Source of the DNA: Laetmonice hystrix
Taxonomy: Eukaryota
DNA: 64,000 bases
Reading direction: 5' to 3'
NCBI GenBank assembly: GCA_965235115.1
Contig: OZ249451.1
Span: 12,028,001-12,092,000 of the forward strand
The translations under genes and the position numbers were made by a program. Under the pieces are notes generated by a model. That model searched no databases. It was not told where the DNA came from and saw nothing but the letters and a program-made list of their open reading frames with translations. This document shows positions 51,401 to 60,420 of this stretch, piece after piece (position 1 is the first letter of the stretch; every line of letters begins with the position of its first letter).

Positions 51401-52982
51401 CAGTCTTCCTGTCCTGTCATTATTTCCCTACCCTCACGCCCTAAGTTCCCACCTGTGTGAGCATACACATCTGCCTGCCTGAACACAGTTGCATGTTCAT
51501 CTTCTCTCTTCCTCTCTCTACATGTTTTGCACACAATGTTTTACACGCAAGTTTTTACACACAAGTTTTACGTGCATGTTTTACACGCAAGGTTTTACAC
51601 CTAAGTTTTACCTGCATGTTATGACACTCTCCTGTGTATCATCAGTAAAATATCGCGTGTTTACGGCCTCTCCGCGAGAGTTTCAAACGGCATGTTTTAC
51701 AACGGTCTTACGTCTATTATGGAGGATTTCGGGAAGGCGGAAGTCGGGGATAGGGCTTCTGTTCACGTTCAGATCACAGCGCCACCTCTAGGCCATCGCC
51801 TTAACTAACCACGCTCTATTTCAACTGTCCCAGTAAACTTTCAGCCAGCCACTGTTCGCTAACCTATCATCTTTTATTTTAACTCTTAATTATTTCACGG
51901 CCTGCAGACAAATAGTTGTCTGATCATATTTGACCGTGGGGGTAGCCTGCAGGGCCCGGTCGTCACATAAAACCACATGCCATACTCATTTCACTTTTTT
52001 TGGGTCCCAGCTTGCCCTAGTATTGGCTTGTTTTCAGGAATGTGCAGCAAATATGGAGTAACTCAGCTATTGGTGCCATGTACCCGCGCTACGACCGACC
52101 CACAATAAATGTGGGCATGGGTATGGATGTTGAACAAACCTTTGTCTAGCTAAAATTCGAAAATGTAAACAAACGCTGTTTATATTTAACATTGGGAATC
52201 CATAATGTCTGGAACACGATAGACGTCAATATTTACCCATAGGATAATACAGGTTTACCCCCTGACATCGACGTCTCTATAATAATAATAAATGTATGTA
52301 TGTCACAAGTAAATGTCATCCGTGAAATTGTGGGGGGAAAGTATGTTGTTCTATAAAAATATGTAATAAAAAATTGACCGATCTTGATTAAAACTTTAGC
52401 CAAATCTTTCCCCTTTGCTCCTGACAATTTGTATAAAGTGGAAGGTCATCTGTATTACAGCTACTACGACAGAAAGATCGGTAAACTAATAAGTTTTTTT
52501 AGATTTACCAAAAGGATTGTGACCCTTCAATCTTGGGATCTTCGGATTAGATGGGGTTTGTTATTTTTATCAGTGTGGCGGCAGTAACTCCTCAACCTTC
52601 GCACTCATTGCTTGTGCCATCCTCCATGTGGTCCTAGTGATGTACGGCATGCCGAAAATCTGTACGATCTCTAACACATAATCTTGATCTCCCTCCCACG
52701 CTGACTTATTGTGGAGCAGGACAGACACAGAGTTTATGTCGGTCTTGAGGAGTGGGTGGCTAGTATATATAGTCATGCTCCTCTCTCTCTCGTCATCTGT
52801 CCCTCTCTCTNNNNNNNNNNNNNNNNNNNNNNNNNNNNNNNNNNNNNNNNNNNNNNNNNNNNNNNNNNNNNNNNNNNNNNNNNNNNNNNNNNNNNNNNNN
52901 NNNNNNNNNNNNNNNNNNNNNNNNNNNNNNNNNNNNNNNNNNNNNNNNNNNNNNNNNNNNNNNNNNNNNNNNNNCTCCCCCT

Positions 52983-53018
<36 letters not shown>

Positions 53019-54891
53019 CTCTCTCTCTCAGTAGATATAGTACCTCCCCCATGTTAATCTCTCTGATCATAACTTGTTAAGAGAACCTTTAGGACTGAGT
53101 TGGGCGGTCTGTCTGTCGGGACACAGGACCTGTTTACCCTGTGAAAGGTCACGGTTCCTTGCTGCTTACCCTTGCGTGACCTGTGCGGGGTAAGAGGTCA
53201 CACCCTCTGTCTTGACACAATGGACCGGCTAAGATGAGTAAATGTAATACGACCATGATCCCTGAACATCAACCCGGTCAATGTACACTCTGGTCGGACC
53301 GGTCAGTGTGTACACACTCCGGTCCGACCGGTCAGTGTGAACACACTCTGGTCGGAACGGTCAGTGGACCCGACACACCCTGGACTGTGGGTGATGAAAG
53401 GGTTGGTGGCATGCACCCCTCCCACTGTGACCCTTACAGGTAAAGGTAAAAGGCTATACATGTACACACTCTAGGGAGGGTCCTATTGCCCACCGGGAAA
53501 CGGTGCCATGTATTAACCTACTTATATATGCACGGATATATATACCATAATCAACATAACATTCCCACGAAGGCGTTATGGTAACGGTCTGGCCCCGGTT
53601 TTTAGTTCGCAAACTAGGACCAGGCCTATTCTTGACATTTGTTTTATGGCTTCTGATTGACTGGTCAACTGAAATCAGCCAATTGGAAACCAGAAAACAA
53701 ATTTCCAGTCTAGGTCTGGGGACCGAGGGTAGGGATTAGGATTAAGTTTTGGGTCAGGATTAATGAAAGATTTTTAGTTCATCTGTCGCGAACTGTGTGG
53801 AGTTGTTACCATAGTCTGTACCAACACTCCTGTCTCTATTCAGGGAGTTGTGTATAGTTTCACTGGGCACGAATCCATGACTTGAGCTTCCTCGTTGCCA
53901 ACATGACATAAAATGTTTGAATTGAAGTTCACTTTATAAATTATTTATGTAATTATGTTAGCCGGTCGAGGCGTTCCGTTTAGAATCGACGTCATCCATG
54001 CGAGGGAGTGTATACCGCTGTGTTGAATTTGAATCTGACAAAGTCGAAAAAAGCGACTTTGTTTGAACTACGTTATGCTACAGGTAGAGGGCCTGGTGTC
54101 ACGTTGTGTACACTGGCACAGATCGTACTGGCTGTTACATAAAAGTAGAAGCAGTGGAAAGTAGGATACGACAACTCTTGATCAAGAAAGAAAAACACAG
54201 CAGGACAAGACATCTGTTTCTCTTCCTTCAACTAGTCCTTACTCATCCAATCACACACATAATACGCACACACAACACGCACAGGGCACGCACACACAGG
54301 ACACGCCCGGTCCCTGATTACAGGTTTGTCACACTGGCGACTCCTAGCGCTCCCGTCAGAACGAATCAAATCGATCTATTCCATACATAAATGTCACGTG
54401 ATCGCTCATTAATCAATTTGACCTTGTCTGGACAGCGTGACGTGCGACCTTCACAGGTGACCTTGGGGTCAAGAATCCCTCACTTGCCTTTTTAGGGTTG
54501 ACGGGAAAAGGGCTATTTCACCCCACGCGTCAATGATTGTCCATAGTACGGTGTACAGTGAGCAACCAGTGGTATCCGCGTTTACATCCCCCCCCTACCA
54601 TGGTACCGTCCCACGAAACGGAAGGTAGGATTATGGCTAGCAACCAGGGATATGGATAGAGATCATGATGGGTTGGGAGTTGGAATAGTAATAAATTTTT
54701 AATTATCATCCCAATATGTGGATATATCCCCATGGAGGACGTACTGTGTACAGCAGGGAAGGGGTGGTGGGGATACAGTAAGGCAGAATGTTGACACGTT
54801 TAAAGGTAAACAGTTGGCTGAAGGTTGACCCACCTATGACAGTCTGCAGTAGGGCGCAGACCAGCAGCAACGCTCGCAGTGTATTCATCAT
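2741..54891 (-). CDS. Whole gene model: type I transmembrane C-type lectin/WSC receptor (SP - CTLD split by WSC - CTLD2 - S/T/P stalk - TM - cytoplasmic tail), 13 coding exons, 803 aa
   Basis: Exons 54891-54834, 16895-16747, 16403-16313, 15871-15726, 15259-15127, 14858-14700, 14323-14084, 13753-13607, 10771-10700, 9102-8818, 6477-6340, 4271-4190, 3452-2741. All introns are GT-AG with matching phases; total 2412 nt is divisible by 3 with no internal stop. Extra small exons may have been missed. Confidence 0.8.
4190..4271 (-). CDS. Exon 12: transmembrane helix (DLIPMYVGIAVAVLLFLVIVLVTIWKC)
   Basis: Acceptor ccctag|CG, donor TG|gtagga; 82 nt, phase 1 to 2; about 21 hydrophobic residues in a frame absent from the ORF track. 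Confidence 0.9.
6340..6477 (-). CDS. Exon 11: Pro/Gly/Thr-rich stalk (ADKTTLIPDASRTTLEPGVPPIDPGVGGGPESPGVPTKSTPGAPP)
   Basis: Acceptor tctctccag|GA, donor G|gtgagt; 138 nt, phase 1-1. Confidence 0.85.
6868..6965. repeat. About 33-bp tandem repeat, 3 copies
   Basis: Unit about ctttcccgggggttttattacaggctagagttct. Confidence 0.8.
8818..9102 (-). CDS. Exon 10: Thr/Ser-rich mucin-like stalk
   Basis: Acceptor tactcag|CA, probable donor A|gtgcgt (less certain); 285 nt, phase 1-1; poly-Thr/Ser inside ORF 8708-9175. Confidence 0.8.
10700..10771 (-). CDS. Exon 9: Pro/Thr-rich linker (LVPTQPTLGPLPSSPTTSPAALP)
   Basis: Acceptor ttctttgatacag|CG, donor CAG|gtgagt; 72 nt, phase 1-1. Confidence 0.85.
11468..12106. 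repeat. 40-bp minisatellite, about 16 copies (intron 8)
   Basis: Unit acaaggtgcacaaccccctagcccaaccacctcttctgtg, near-identical head-to-tail copies. Confidence 0.97.
13607..13753 (-). CDS. Exon 8: C-terminal half of CTLD2 (GDRLRFAPWAGGVPSNEGEKCVVM...WSDVGCSEHQSFICER)
   Basis: Acceptor ttttccgacag|GT, donor C|gtgagt; 147 nt; CTLD W-x-x-x-x-P, C, WxD-x-x-C and FICE motifs. Confidence 0.9.
14084..14323 (-). CDS. Exon 7: N-terminal half of CTLD2 (ECQL...ACISY...TWFGARNGCFAKGARLLEI...IFWLGATKVNWAWANG)
   Basis: Acceptor tttatctag|AT, donor G|gtgagc; 240 nt; WLG (WIGL-type) and WxWxxG motifs. Confidence 0.9.
14700..14858 (-). CDS. Exon 6: C-terminal half of CTLD1 (GIWSGGWAFGSPSGG...ECMVYKC...WRWQSERCARKFKYICM)
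   Basis: Acceptor ctgaccccag|GT, donor G|gtaact; 159 nt, phase 1-1; terminal C...W...C...YIC pattern. Confidence 0.85.
15127..15259 (-). CDS. Exon 5: second half of WSC domain (SGILCNCDNSFGSYGFSSECTQPCLGDFDQNCGGTSSNQVFLVD)
   Basis: Acceptor ttttgccacag|TCC, donor G|gtaatt; CxC...C..PC.G....CGG WSC signature. Confidence 0.9.
15726..15871 (-). CDS. Exon 4: first half of WSC domain (RVNLSSQGCFQDDPVDKDL...TPQKCIEGCRRAGYRYAGVQ)
   Basis: GCFxD and T...C...C...Y.YAG.Q WSC motifs; donor CAG|gtgagt. In-frame acceptor is ctctttaag|GG (phase 1); an alternative phase-0 CAG acceptor lies at 15849/15848. Confidence 0.85.
16015..16177. repeat. 39-bp minisatellite, about 4 copies (intron 3)
   Basis: Unit gagttactgaaactgttaaagggacacaccccttaccaa. 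Confidence 0.95.
16313..16403 (-). CDS. Exon 3: CTLD1 middle (EMLYKLLNDNSALDTWIGLRGVVGDWNWVTG)
   Basis: Acceptor ttgtttctcag|GAG, donor G|gtaggt; canonical WIGL and WxWxxG. Confidence 0.9.
16747..16895 (-). CDS. Exon 2: CTLD1 N-terminus (QTCDRCQEKTRNGMGYLLCNCRKTWDEANQYCQEVYQGQLAVIQDKSLQ)
   Basis: Acceptor cttttacag|GC, donor CAG|gtaata; TWxxAxxxC...GxLAxI CTLD helix-1 pattern. Confidence 0.9.
20794..20985. repeat. GC-rich 70-bp tandem repeat (2 full copies plus 1 partial)
   Basis: Unit gtcccacacggacctagccagggcaggacgggagggggtgacgggagcgccggccaggcggccgtgacct, starting at 20794, 20864 and about 20947. Confidence 0.85.
22153..22599 (-). mobile_element. Non-autonomous Mutator/MULE deletion derivative (about 447 bp) with about 95-bp TIRs
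   Basis: Left arm gtgcaggtcttaactgacaactgc...aaataatgat mirrors right arm atcattattt...gtcagtttagacctgcac; flanking direct repeat aacctgt; internal fragment ILLDATHKTTKCALPIFLVDVRSNAGYIPV resembles the first catalytic-Asp motif of MULE transposases. Confidence 0.75.
23542..23961 (-). repeat. 3' LTR (420 bp)
   Basis: Direct repeat of 30173-30592; begins 32 nt after the Gag-Pol stop codon. Confidence 0.97.
23994..29918 (-). CDS. BEL/Pao Gag-Pol polyprotein, 1974 aa, uninterrupted
   Basis: Gag core (LPTFSG...WPEF), Cys/His knuckles (CFRCFGNHRRSRC, CSVCGRHGHHPLLC), aspartic protease (FCDGGSNTTY), PRCGACRCGKC motif, RT (GDIRKMF, YVDD), Pao RNase H (SDGSDLAYG, ELNAA, DSET), integrase (GHGG...CQQC, DLFGP, SDPG, AVESLVK) and C-terminal W...Y...L...W tail. 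Confidence 0.97.
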   Translation of the reverse strand: MANVDELKWTRSKAKMAVTTAGVALGGGTSLTSGSPAYVSSVSDQNFIPVTSSASLTSDSPAYASVSADMNFIPVTSLASLTSDSPAHASVSAAQNFIPVTSLASLTSDSPAHASVSADQNFIPVTSLASLPAGSPACVSSVSAAQNFIHVPATSLVSVGPATAPVYAPYAGWSPINQPFISSPTHAAFSTGSAHSNIRLAKIALPTFSGLRKDWPEFRSVWRELAENTYENKKALAYELKRSVKGEASKRIKSVYITKPEAYDIMWRKLEDYYNDTSASVQAALDSLIQLKHVNAEDYRGLIALVDEVEAAYSQLEELGELNALTMRDVDHISSLLPMHLRLEWVRKQRTLTQGERMRPFVPFMTFLDDERAAVMRMAEMQHKRREDCNYRGRDEGRRGISAQQARGQSHHGEGSGQIKFHNCAFPAHRRDNMKHVTEECKEFQRMPRNEKYEALKQVGACFRCFGNHRRSRCPVNGACSVCGRHGHHPLLCMGRTGESDYHRTTAESHTAQSPTMALYPIQHAAVSGSGKSVTVFCDGGSNTTYITHQAADRLKVKKLQRLTLDVTTMGGVEKQYETCQYKIPLMTQAGRKVEIIAFGMDRITGPVSKLDLKVITRLFPDYEPEALQRRSTSVDILLGCDYFGLHPKHEIIRAGDHLSIMNGEFGICLQGAHPELKEDTCMDVNLAKTVHEVRLKSDSFNVQLRKFSHPEFERGWTSETFSVMKPARCASDAASFDDPVDTRDSKPSEDPNVSVQEAPMVIQSKPALSDEPGEDADKDQPSAAHTTQSVWRKGAEGRITDFILGEEIATETTPRCGACRCGKCPTVGQTYSFKEEQELKMIRDNLEYDDVNSRWITSYPWLVDPATLPDNYGAALGTLRNTEHKLQKDDQWAATYEAQIQDMLCRKVARKLSKEEMKSWKGPKFYISHLAVVNSHSQSTPVRIVFNSSQVYKGTSLNSCLAKGPDCYMNNLVGILLRWREEEIALVGDIRKMFNSIYLKPLEQHCHRFLWRGLDQSKEPEVFVMERVNMGDTPAPAISSEAVYQTASRFEDDSPAAADLLRKSSYVDDLIDSFKDKPEALKVARATENMLSKGGFQVKCWQFSGDAGSRKGGDLDGEAPEEESGRPFRDMLKGSNENLRVLGLGWKPQEDVIVYQVSLNFSKKRRGVHTETDLSKEDLPRCLPSVLTRRIVLEQVMRIYDPLGLVCPFTLWAKIYLRETWMKKLGWDDQLPDDLRDKWVNFFTSMFELEQLELKRCLHPRDAVGRPWLIILSDGSDLAYGFAAYIRWQLKDGSYWCRLIMAKCRIAPINRLSTPQMELNAALLSKRGRKVIELETRFEYEKVLQIVDSETVLNMINKTSTRFKVYEGVRVGEIQAATDGEMGCWAWMAGKHNTADWLTRGRLPRDLDEDSSWWKGPPILYQPAVEWGLKFGLQTRDPLPGEKKVYSSAATKASAALIDYSRVSDINKLIWVIARIKNIAKHKTFHGGRIVLVSPQDLRDAEDFIVSDLQASIKEELNKKDRKGRSGGRFGRLLPVQDGQGQWVVGTRLIQHNAMTLDSNLQKLLPPGHRGTRLFMERAHRSGHGGRDATLAKFRQQYWVPHGDKLAKSVKHQCQQCRLREAVFLKQEMAPLPEARLKPSPPFSKVMLDLFGPYRVRGEVQKRTSGKAYGVIFTDLVMRAVHIEVVFGYDTSSFLMALSRFACIRGWPDTIYSDPGSQLIGAERELREAWESLDRDRVVKKGSDSGLKWIFGPADSPWHQGAVESLVKSTKRAIHFAVHNQRLSVPELMTVCTEVANLLNERPIGVRSKDDSDVTIFTPNSLLLGRATAKNPGGWQLQENLHTRYGLVQAVTEQFWRKWTELYAPTLLIQQRWHTTHRNLCAGDVVIVADSNPLRGEYRLGLIKEVFPGADGKVRKVSLSYKQYKVGETTETYNGAKDVVVIRSVQRLALLVPWDYDQMDGDGIQESLELVAG
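29455..29830 (-). repeat. In-frame 75-bp (25-aa) tandem repeat, about 5 copies, at the Gag N-terminus
   Basis: Unit about SPAHASVSADQNFIPVTSLASLTSD repeated in the ORF translation; boundaries approximate. Confidence 0.9.
30161..30172 (-). promoter_or_regulatory. Primer-binding-site position, non-tRNA (GTTTAATTAACT), complementary to LTR-internal AGTTAATTAAAC
   Basis: Directly abuts the 5' LTR end; does not start with TGG; exact reverse complement of 30252-30263. Confidence 0.7.
30173..30592 (-). repeat. 5' LTR (420 bp)
   Basis: Identical to 23542-23961 by eye except one base (30275 T vs 23644 A on the + strand). Confidence 0.97.
38716..38931. other. Assembly gap (216 N)
   Basis: N run. Confidence 1.
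51264..51375. mobile_element. Hairpin MITE-like element (47-bp arms, 3 mismatches)
   Basis: gccttattcacaaagcacacgccagacttgcggactcacaaactatt ... aatagtttgcgagtccgcaagtcttgcgtgtcctttgtgaataaggc; termini reminiscent of PIF/Harbinger-type TIRs (inference). Confidence 0.7.
52811..52974. other. Assembly gap (164 N) inside a (CT)n microsatellite
   Basis: N run flanked by ctctct on both sides. Confidence 1.
53280..53370. repeat. About 29-bp tandem repeat, 3 copies, with partly palindromic units
   Basis: Unit about acactctggtcggaccggtcagtgtgtac. Confidence 0.7.
54834..54891 (-). CDS. Probable exon 1: signal peptide MMNTLRALLLVCALLQTVIG
   Basis: Typical signal peptide followed by phase-1 donor G|gtgggt; joins exon 2 in frame (VIG|QTCD). 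The link across about 38 kb is inferred. Confidence 0.7.
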
Positions 54892-56890
54892 TCCAGGCCG
54901 AGAAAACTTCCCGCTTTAATAAGAGACAACTGTAGTTATCACACACAGGGGGTCCTCCTTCTATACCGCCGGTCCTTGTGGAAGCTCGGCACTGGCTCCT
55001 GCTGTCAGTTTGGTACTCAATGATATCACACTTAGCAATAAAAGTATAGAGAAACCGGGCTCAGCGGTTAACAAACATGTTGAGAATTTGTCGGCATCCA
55101 CGGTGATTTCAATGCTCACACCAACGTGTTTCAGGTGAAGCTGGACACATCCACTCCCAGTCCGAGTAGATCTGGTAGTAAGATTGTTTATATGGTCAAG
55201 GCAGTTTCCGCATCCACCCTGGAGGTGATCCTATGGATTGATGTGGATTTCCCCCGTGATTTCCCAATGGGGAGCTGCGGCAGAGATGGGACCATATGCT
55301 ACACGCTTGCTCCGTCCGTATCCACCGTTATAAAAGGGGGCGAGGGGTGCTCCACTTGGGAATGGCGTGATCAAATTAAAAGTGGCATGAAATTCACAGA
55401 CAGATGATTCACTCAGACCGGCCAGGTGTTCAGGGGTGATAGCCAAGTTCCGCTGATCAAGCTCTCAGGTGAAGCCTGTTCTGACCACCTGTTTTTGATT
55501 ACCTGCGTGATGATGTTGTAATTATTACCATAGCAATTCCCTAGATGACATGCTATGTACTGCCGGGTGACTGCAGCGGTCTTTCCCGGCCTCCTCAGTG
55601 GGATCCAAGCTTGGTAAGCCGTGCTCTGAGAGGGGCAAACACCACAATTCCCACCGGGCCAACCCTACTGGATCCTCTTCTTCTTCTAGATGACTGACCC
55701 CACTTGAATGAATCCACCGCTGCCCCAATGTCCGCTCTTGTTCTGACACCAGCCACACGTCTCTTCAGCAGAGGCCAGCACGTACAACTCTCTCCTGGCT
55801 GTCTAGAGGGGTACGTGTGACGTTTCCCGCCGGTAGCCCTTGTTGTGCCGGGATGGGTCCCCTGTCCGTCCTGTCCCCGTAACCCCCGATCCCTGCCAGG
55901 TGAACTCCTCAGTGACAAGGGTGGGTAGGCAGCGGCTGGCACTGAGACGACCTACTGAAGACACTCCTTGGCTCGGCTCGGCGGTGGCGATGTCAAGGAC
56001 GTCAATGAAGCAGTCTCAGCGCGTTATGACAAGCAGGGGCCAGTGGTTGTACTCTGTGGACATCCCCTGGTAGCCAGTATCTCCTGCCAGACGTTCGCTG
56101 TAAGGTGAGTCCTCCTGGATCGTTCCCGGCTGGCTGGGTTGGGCTGGCAGGCTGGGCCCGGGTCGGTCGATGGATGGATGGATGGTTGGTTGGTCCTTGC
56201 CCGCCTGTCGAGCTCCCTGCCGTCACCAGAGCGTGTCAGTGGAGCAGCTCTGCGTATGGTGGTGAACCAGTTCAGTCTCGGTCCGCGAGCTCACCGAGGT
56301 GGAGTCGAGGCTCCTGGGCTTACCCCCCGCCCTCCCGCCAGCTCTCACTGACTGTCGGCGGCTGAAGCTCCTGTAAACGCTCACAATATGGGCAAATTCT
56401 TTATATTGAAAAACAAAACATCGGGTCCGACCAGACTATTGAACTGTCAGCACATCCCTTGACCTACTCTTAGTGAATGCCCATCAAACTGAATTGTATA
56501 AACATCTTTTTGAGGCTGCCAGTGATGTGTCCGTAGTTTAGGTCCCCTCCAGGCACAAATCATTACCACACACCGGCACAGTCTCATTGCTGACGGCCAC
56601 TACAACCTAAGGTCAATGAAATGTAAAAATGAATCCCACTATTGTCATAGATACCGAATGCCTGAGGTGTTCTCATTTGTGAAAGAGGAAAACTATAGGA
56701 AGACAGATGATAGTAGCGACTAGAAAAAAATCGGTTACTTTCTTACATCCGATGTTTAGGCTTCTTAGACTTGGGGAAGAGGTCAGTGATTCGGCCTACA
56801 ATTCGGACTGCCAGGCCTGCTCCTCTTCCTGTCGGTGTCCGGCTTGATGTGAGGGTGAAGTGGCCGTAACGGAGATTCATACGCCTTATT

Positions 56891-57120
56891 TCAGACACGG
56901 AGATCCAGACATCTTACGTCAGACACGGAGATCCAGACATCTTACTTGAGACACACAGATCCAGACATCTTACTTCAGACACGGAGATCCAGACATCTTA
57001 CTTCAGACACGGAGATCCAGACATCTTACTTCAGACACGAAGATCCAGACATCTTACTTCAGACACGGTTGATCCAGACATCTTACTTCAGACACAGAGA
57101 TCCAGTTTTACTTTAGACAC
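56891..57120. repeat. 28-bp minisatellite, about 8 copies
   Basis: Unit tcagacacggagatccagacatcttact. Confidence 0.95.
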
Positions 57121-58591
57121 AGCCAGTAATCGCTCTCGTCAACCGACAGAGTCTCGTCACCATGAAGCTCGATTAATTTTCAGGGAGACTATCCAAATTT
57201 TACTTGGCAAGACGTCAAAACAATTACACATTATTTTGTACATAATTTCGTAGGGACATGTTGATTTCTTGACTAAGTTTTTCTCTTATTTCAAATTAAA
57301 GTACAAATTTATAATGCCGATACGGGTTGAACTCAGAGGTCATCACATGCATATATCTCAGTTGTCAAAATGTGTCCATAGCTTCGAACTACCTCAAATG
57401 TTCTTCTAAGCGGGTACACTGATAAATCAGTTGAAAGTTGAAAGCGTGACTTAAATACCGATTCGGTACGGTAATCAGGTGTCAATGTTATCTTCATGCA
57501 TCCACTGATATCCATTAACCTAACCCAAGGCAGTGAACTCAGCTCAAGACCAGTTTTAAAACTGACTGATGCTGTTTCTGTCGTCAGGAAGAAACCACTC
57601 GGTTACAAAGAAACCTGATCCCAAACCCTGTGGTTTAGGGCTACGTCAAGCGATGACAACATGTGGCATAGACTGGTTTTTACTTGAAAAATTACCACTA
57701 CAGAAACTGTACATGATTGTACGGACACATAGGGATGACACACTACCAAATAATGGCTCATAATGGTAAATTTATGGATATATTTTCAAGCTACCAATTT
57801 TATTTTACCGGTTGGCCTATACTTTTTACTCTTGTACACCATGATGTACAACGGAAATTGCATGAGTGGTCAACATTATTCTACCTATGTGTATAAAAGA
57901 CTAAAATAATTTCATTACAGAAAACTATTAGTCTAAAGTGACTTATGTATACCTGGTCATTCTACCCATCTGGCCATGTATGGCCAGAAGGTGATCTTGT
58001 TCGGTGTCTGGGAGAATTGGTAGAAGAAACCGTAACGACTTTTATGACTGCGTGTTTGTAAAACATACCCAAGACCATGAATAAGCTTGGTTTCTCCAAG
58101 GTCCCATTTAGTTTGTAAATGTTCGACCTATGAACAGTCCTCTCATGTTGCCGGACACCAATGGTGTTCCAAGCCCAGCGGCTACAGTATACGACTAACT
58201 TTCTATGGTTATATGCGCACCGTTTGCGCACACTTTAGTTCTGGCAGCGCCCCAAGCGGTTTTCTTTTGTGGCGTCTGAAGTTTGAACCAGTGAAGCTCA
58301 CATATAGGTCGCGGAGGAGGGGGCGGGCCAGGGTCGTGAGAATTATAGGAGTAAATAATGCTGATACTAGTAACAATAAGGTGGTCAGGACAATTGAACG
58401 TAGACATTCCTAACGTTTGGAGAGGCTGGAACGGGGACAGGTTACGGTACGAACCGAGCGTTCATGAGGGAACGTTCATGTCCTGTTTCCCCACCAGATG
58501 GCGTGGTGTTAAACAAAATCGGCACTGTTAAGTTCATATGCGATACCCAGTAGCACGGAGAGGGGTTGAGGGGGTGGGGGTTAGTACCCCA

Positions 58592-58762
58592 GGCCCTGGT
58601 TTTTAGTTTGCAAGTCGAACCTTAAGATTCAAATCGTTAGACTCAACTCTTGTTTCAAAGCTTCTGACTGGCCCTTCAAATGAAGTCAGCCAATGACAGA
58701 CCATACCACTAGTCAGTCTTCAAATTCCAGTCTTATGATTGGTAAAACTAAAAACCTGGTCC
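58592..58762. mobile_element. MITE-like element with 18-bp imperfect TIRs; diverged relative near 53591-53720
   Basis: ggccctggtttttagttt ... aaactaaaaacctggtcc; internal ttctga...tcagccaat block shared with the 53.6-kb copy. Confidence 0.55.
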
Positions 58763-59506
58763 AGACCTACCAGATACCGTAAATATTTTCTGATACAAAG
58801 GGGGTCGTATATCTTGCGTTTTGCCTCCAGGTCATTTCTTAAAGTGGAACAGATCGTGGACCCGACAAGTTTTTTTTTAATTATTTATTTAGACTCGTTG
58901 CGTATTACACTGTAGGCCTATCTGCTACCTCGTCAAGACCCCCATAATGGCCATTGTTCTTGCACCCATTTTTATCGGTTATCGCAATTTCTTGTTGCTT
59001 GAAAGGAAATTTATAAGAAGGTCGGTACGTCACGGTGGGTCAGGGGTTTCTCGTGTAACAGATGAAATGTCTCACTCCTGCTTCTAACACTGTTTATTTT
59101 AGTCTCGATCACCAGACCCTTTTTGCCACTAGAGGCCGCTCGTCGCTCGAAAAAAGGTCTGAAAAAAGGTCTGGACACAAACGCCTATCTAGGTTACAAG
59201 AACACGGTGACCGTGATGGAAAACGATCATCGGCGCTGATTGGACGAGCACGGCATTATGACCTGGAAACCTCGACCCTACTCTAGTCCCCTGCTCTAAA
59301 TGCTGGCTCCGTGAAGCGAGACAGTCAGGGGACCCGTCTAGGCCACATCCAAATATAGGAAGTCAATAGGACTGGTGGTCGAGTCTATGTTTACTTTAGA
59401 CGTTTACGTCTATTTGCGTGGAAAGATCTACCCGTTGAAAGATACTTTTTATGTTTTGATGCGAATTGGGGGTGGGGGGGGGGGGGGCTCCTCCATACGA
59501 AACCAA

Positions 59507-60420
59507 TTACGACTTCCGCTTGAATGAGCCATCTCGCGAGATCTTGTCCAAGTCGTCCCTGTGTGATGCCCGTCGTAACGTGCAGGGGGAGCCACCATAC
59601 GAGGGGCTAGTCGATCGTGACGACCCACTTCCCAGACCCCCAGCGGACCCCACGAAGATTGGTGGGAGGGTGTTGTCATCCTCCACCGGTAGGTGGCTGA
59701 GCGTTCTCGCTCGTCTCCGTCCCTGGACTGATCCGATCACATCCGCAGTGGCTCCATCTATCTCCTCATCCGCGCGTGACAGGAAATCGCCGGATTTTGA
59801 AATGTCAGGAGTGCTGAGGTCTCCCCGCAGACTCGTCAGGCTCGGCTGGGGTGATAAGAAGGCCTGTTTGACGGGCGGCCAAGGTCTGGAAGCCGAGATG
59901 AGGCGCCCCCTACTGGACGGTCTCAGTTCGAGGTTGGAGAAAGCCTCAGTCATAGTCTCACTCGCTCTCACCTGGCGGCGCTTGTGATCCTTCCAACTCT
60001 GTGACCGTGAGAGGGCTCCGTCAGTGGCAGGGGACGCTGACAGCGATGACCTTGCCCTGATCTTGAGACTCTGAGACCGGCCAAGGCCGGTTGTTCCCTT
60101 TTCCACGTCAACTTCCTCTTTCCCGCTGACGGCCCGCGAGAGAATACTATTCAAACGTTGCTGGGCAACTGTTTTACGAGGCCGGCGGATGGAATGAATG
60201 GCGTTCGGGTCACCAGCCCAGAGGTCATCATCCGGGTCCCGTGGGCTGCTCGAGCTGACAAGCCGGATGTTGAACATGGAGTCTGCGCGCTGCAGACGTG
60301 GCGGCCTCTGGCGGCGGGTTCCCGAACCCAGAGGTGGGAGCACTTTTCCTGTTGATGTCTGAACCTCGAGGTCTTCAAATTCAATGGACATTCGTCGTCT
60401 CCTCTGACCGCCCGACAACC
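59507..60420 (-). CDS. Exon 3 (terminal) of the same gene: Ser/Arg-rich disordered region; full protein about 443 aa
   Basis: Acceptor tcctctcag|GG, phase 1; 303-codon open frame ending TAA at 59507. Confidence 0.8.

Noticed and set aside
53171-53257. Alternative signal-like exon MVVLHLLILAGPLCQ... with a gtaagc donor
   Set aside because: Phase-0 donor is incompatible with the phase-1 exon 2, and the hydrophobic core is weak.
57962-58231. YCSRW...GVRQHERTVH resembling a C2H2 finger of non-LTR elements
   Set aside because: First Cys is missing and no adjacent RT or endonuclease remnant is recognisable.
59466-59987. 173-aa plus-strand ORF
   Set aside because: Antisense shadow of the GC-rich terminal exon 60420-59507.
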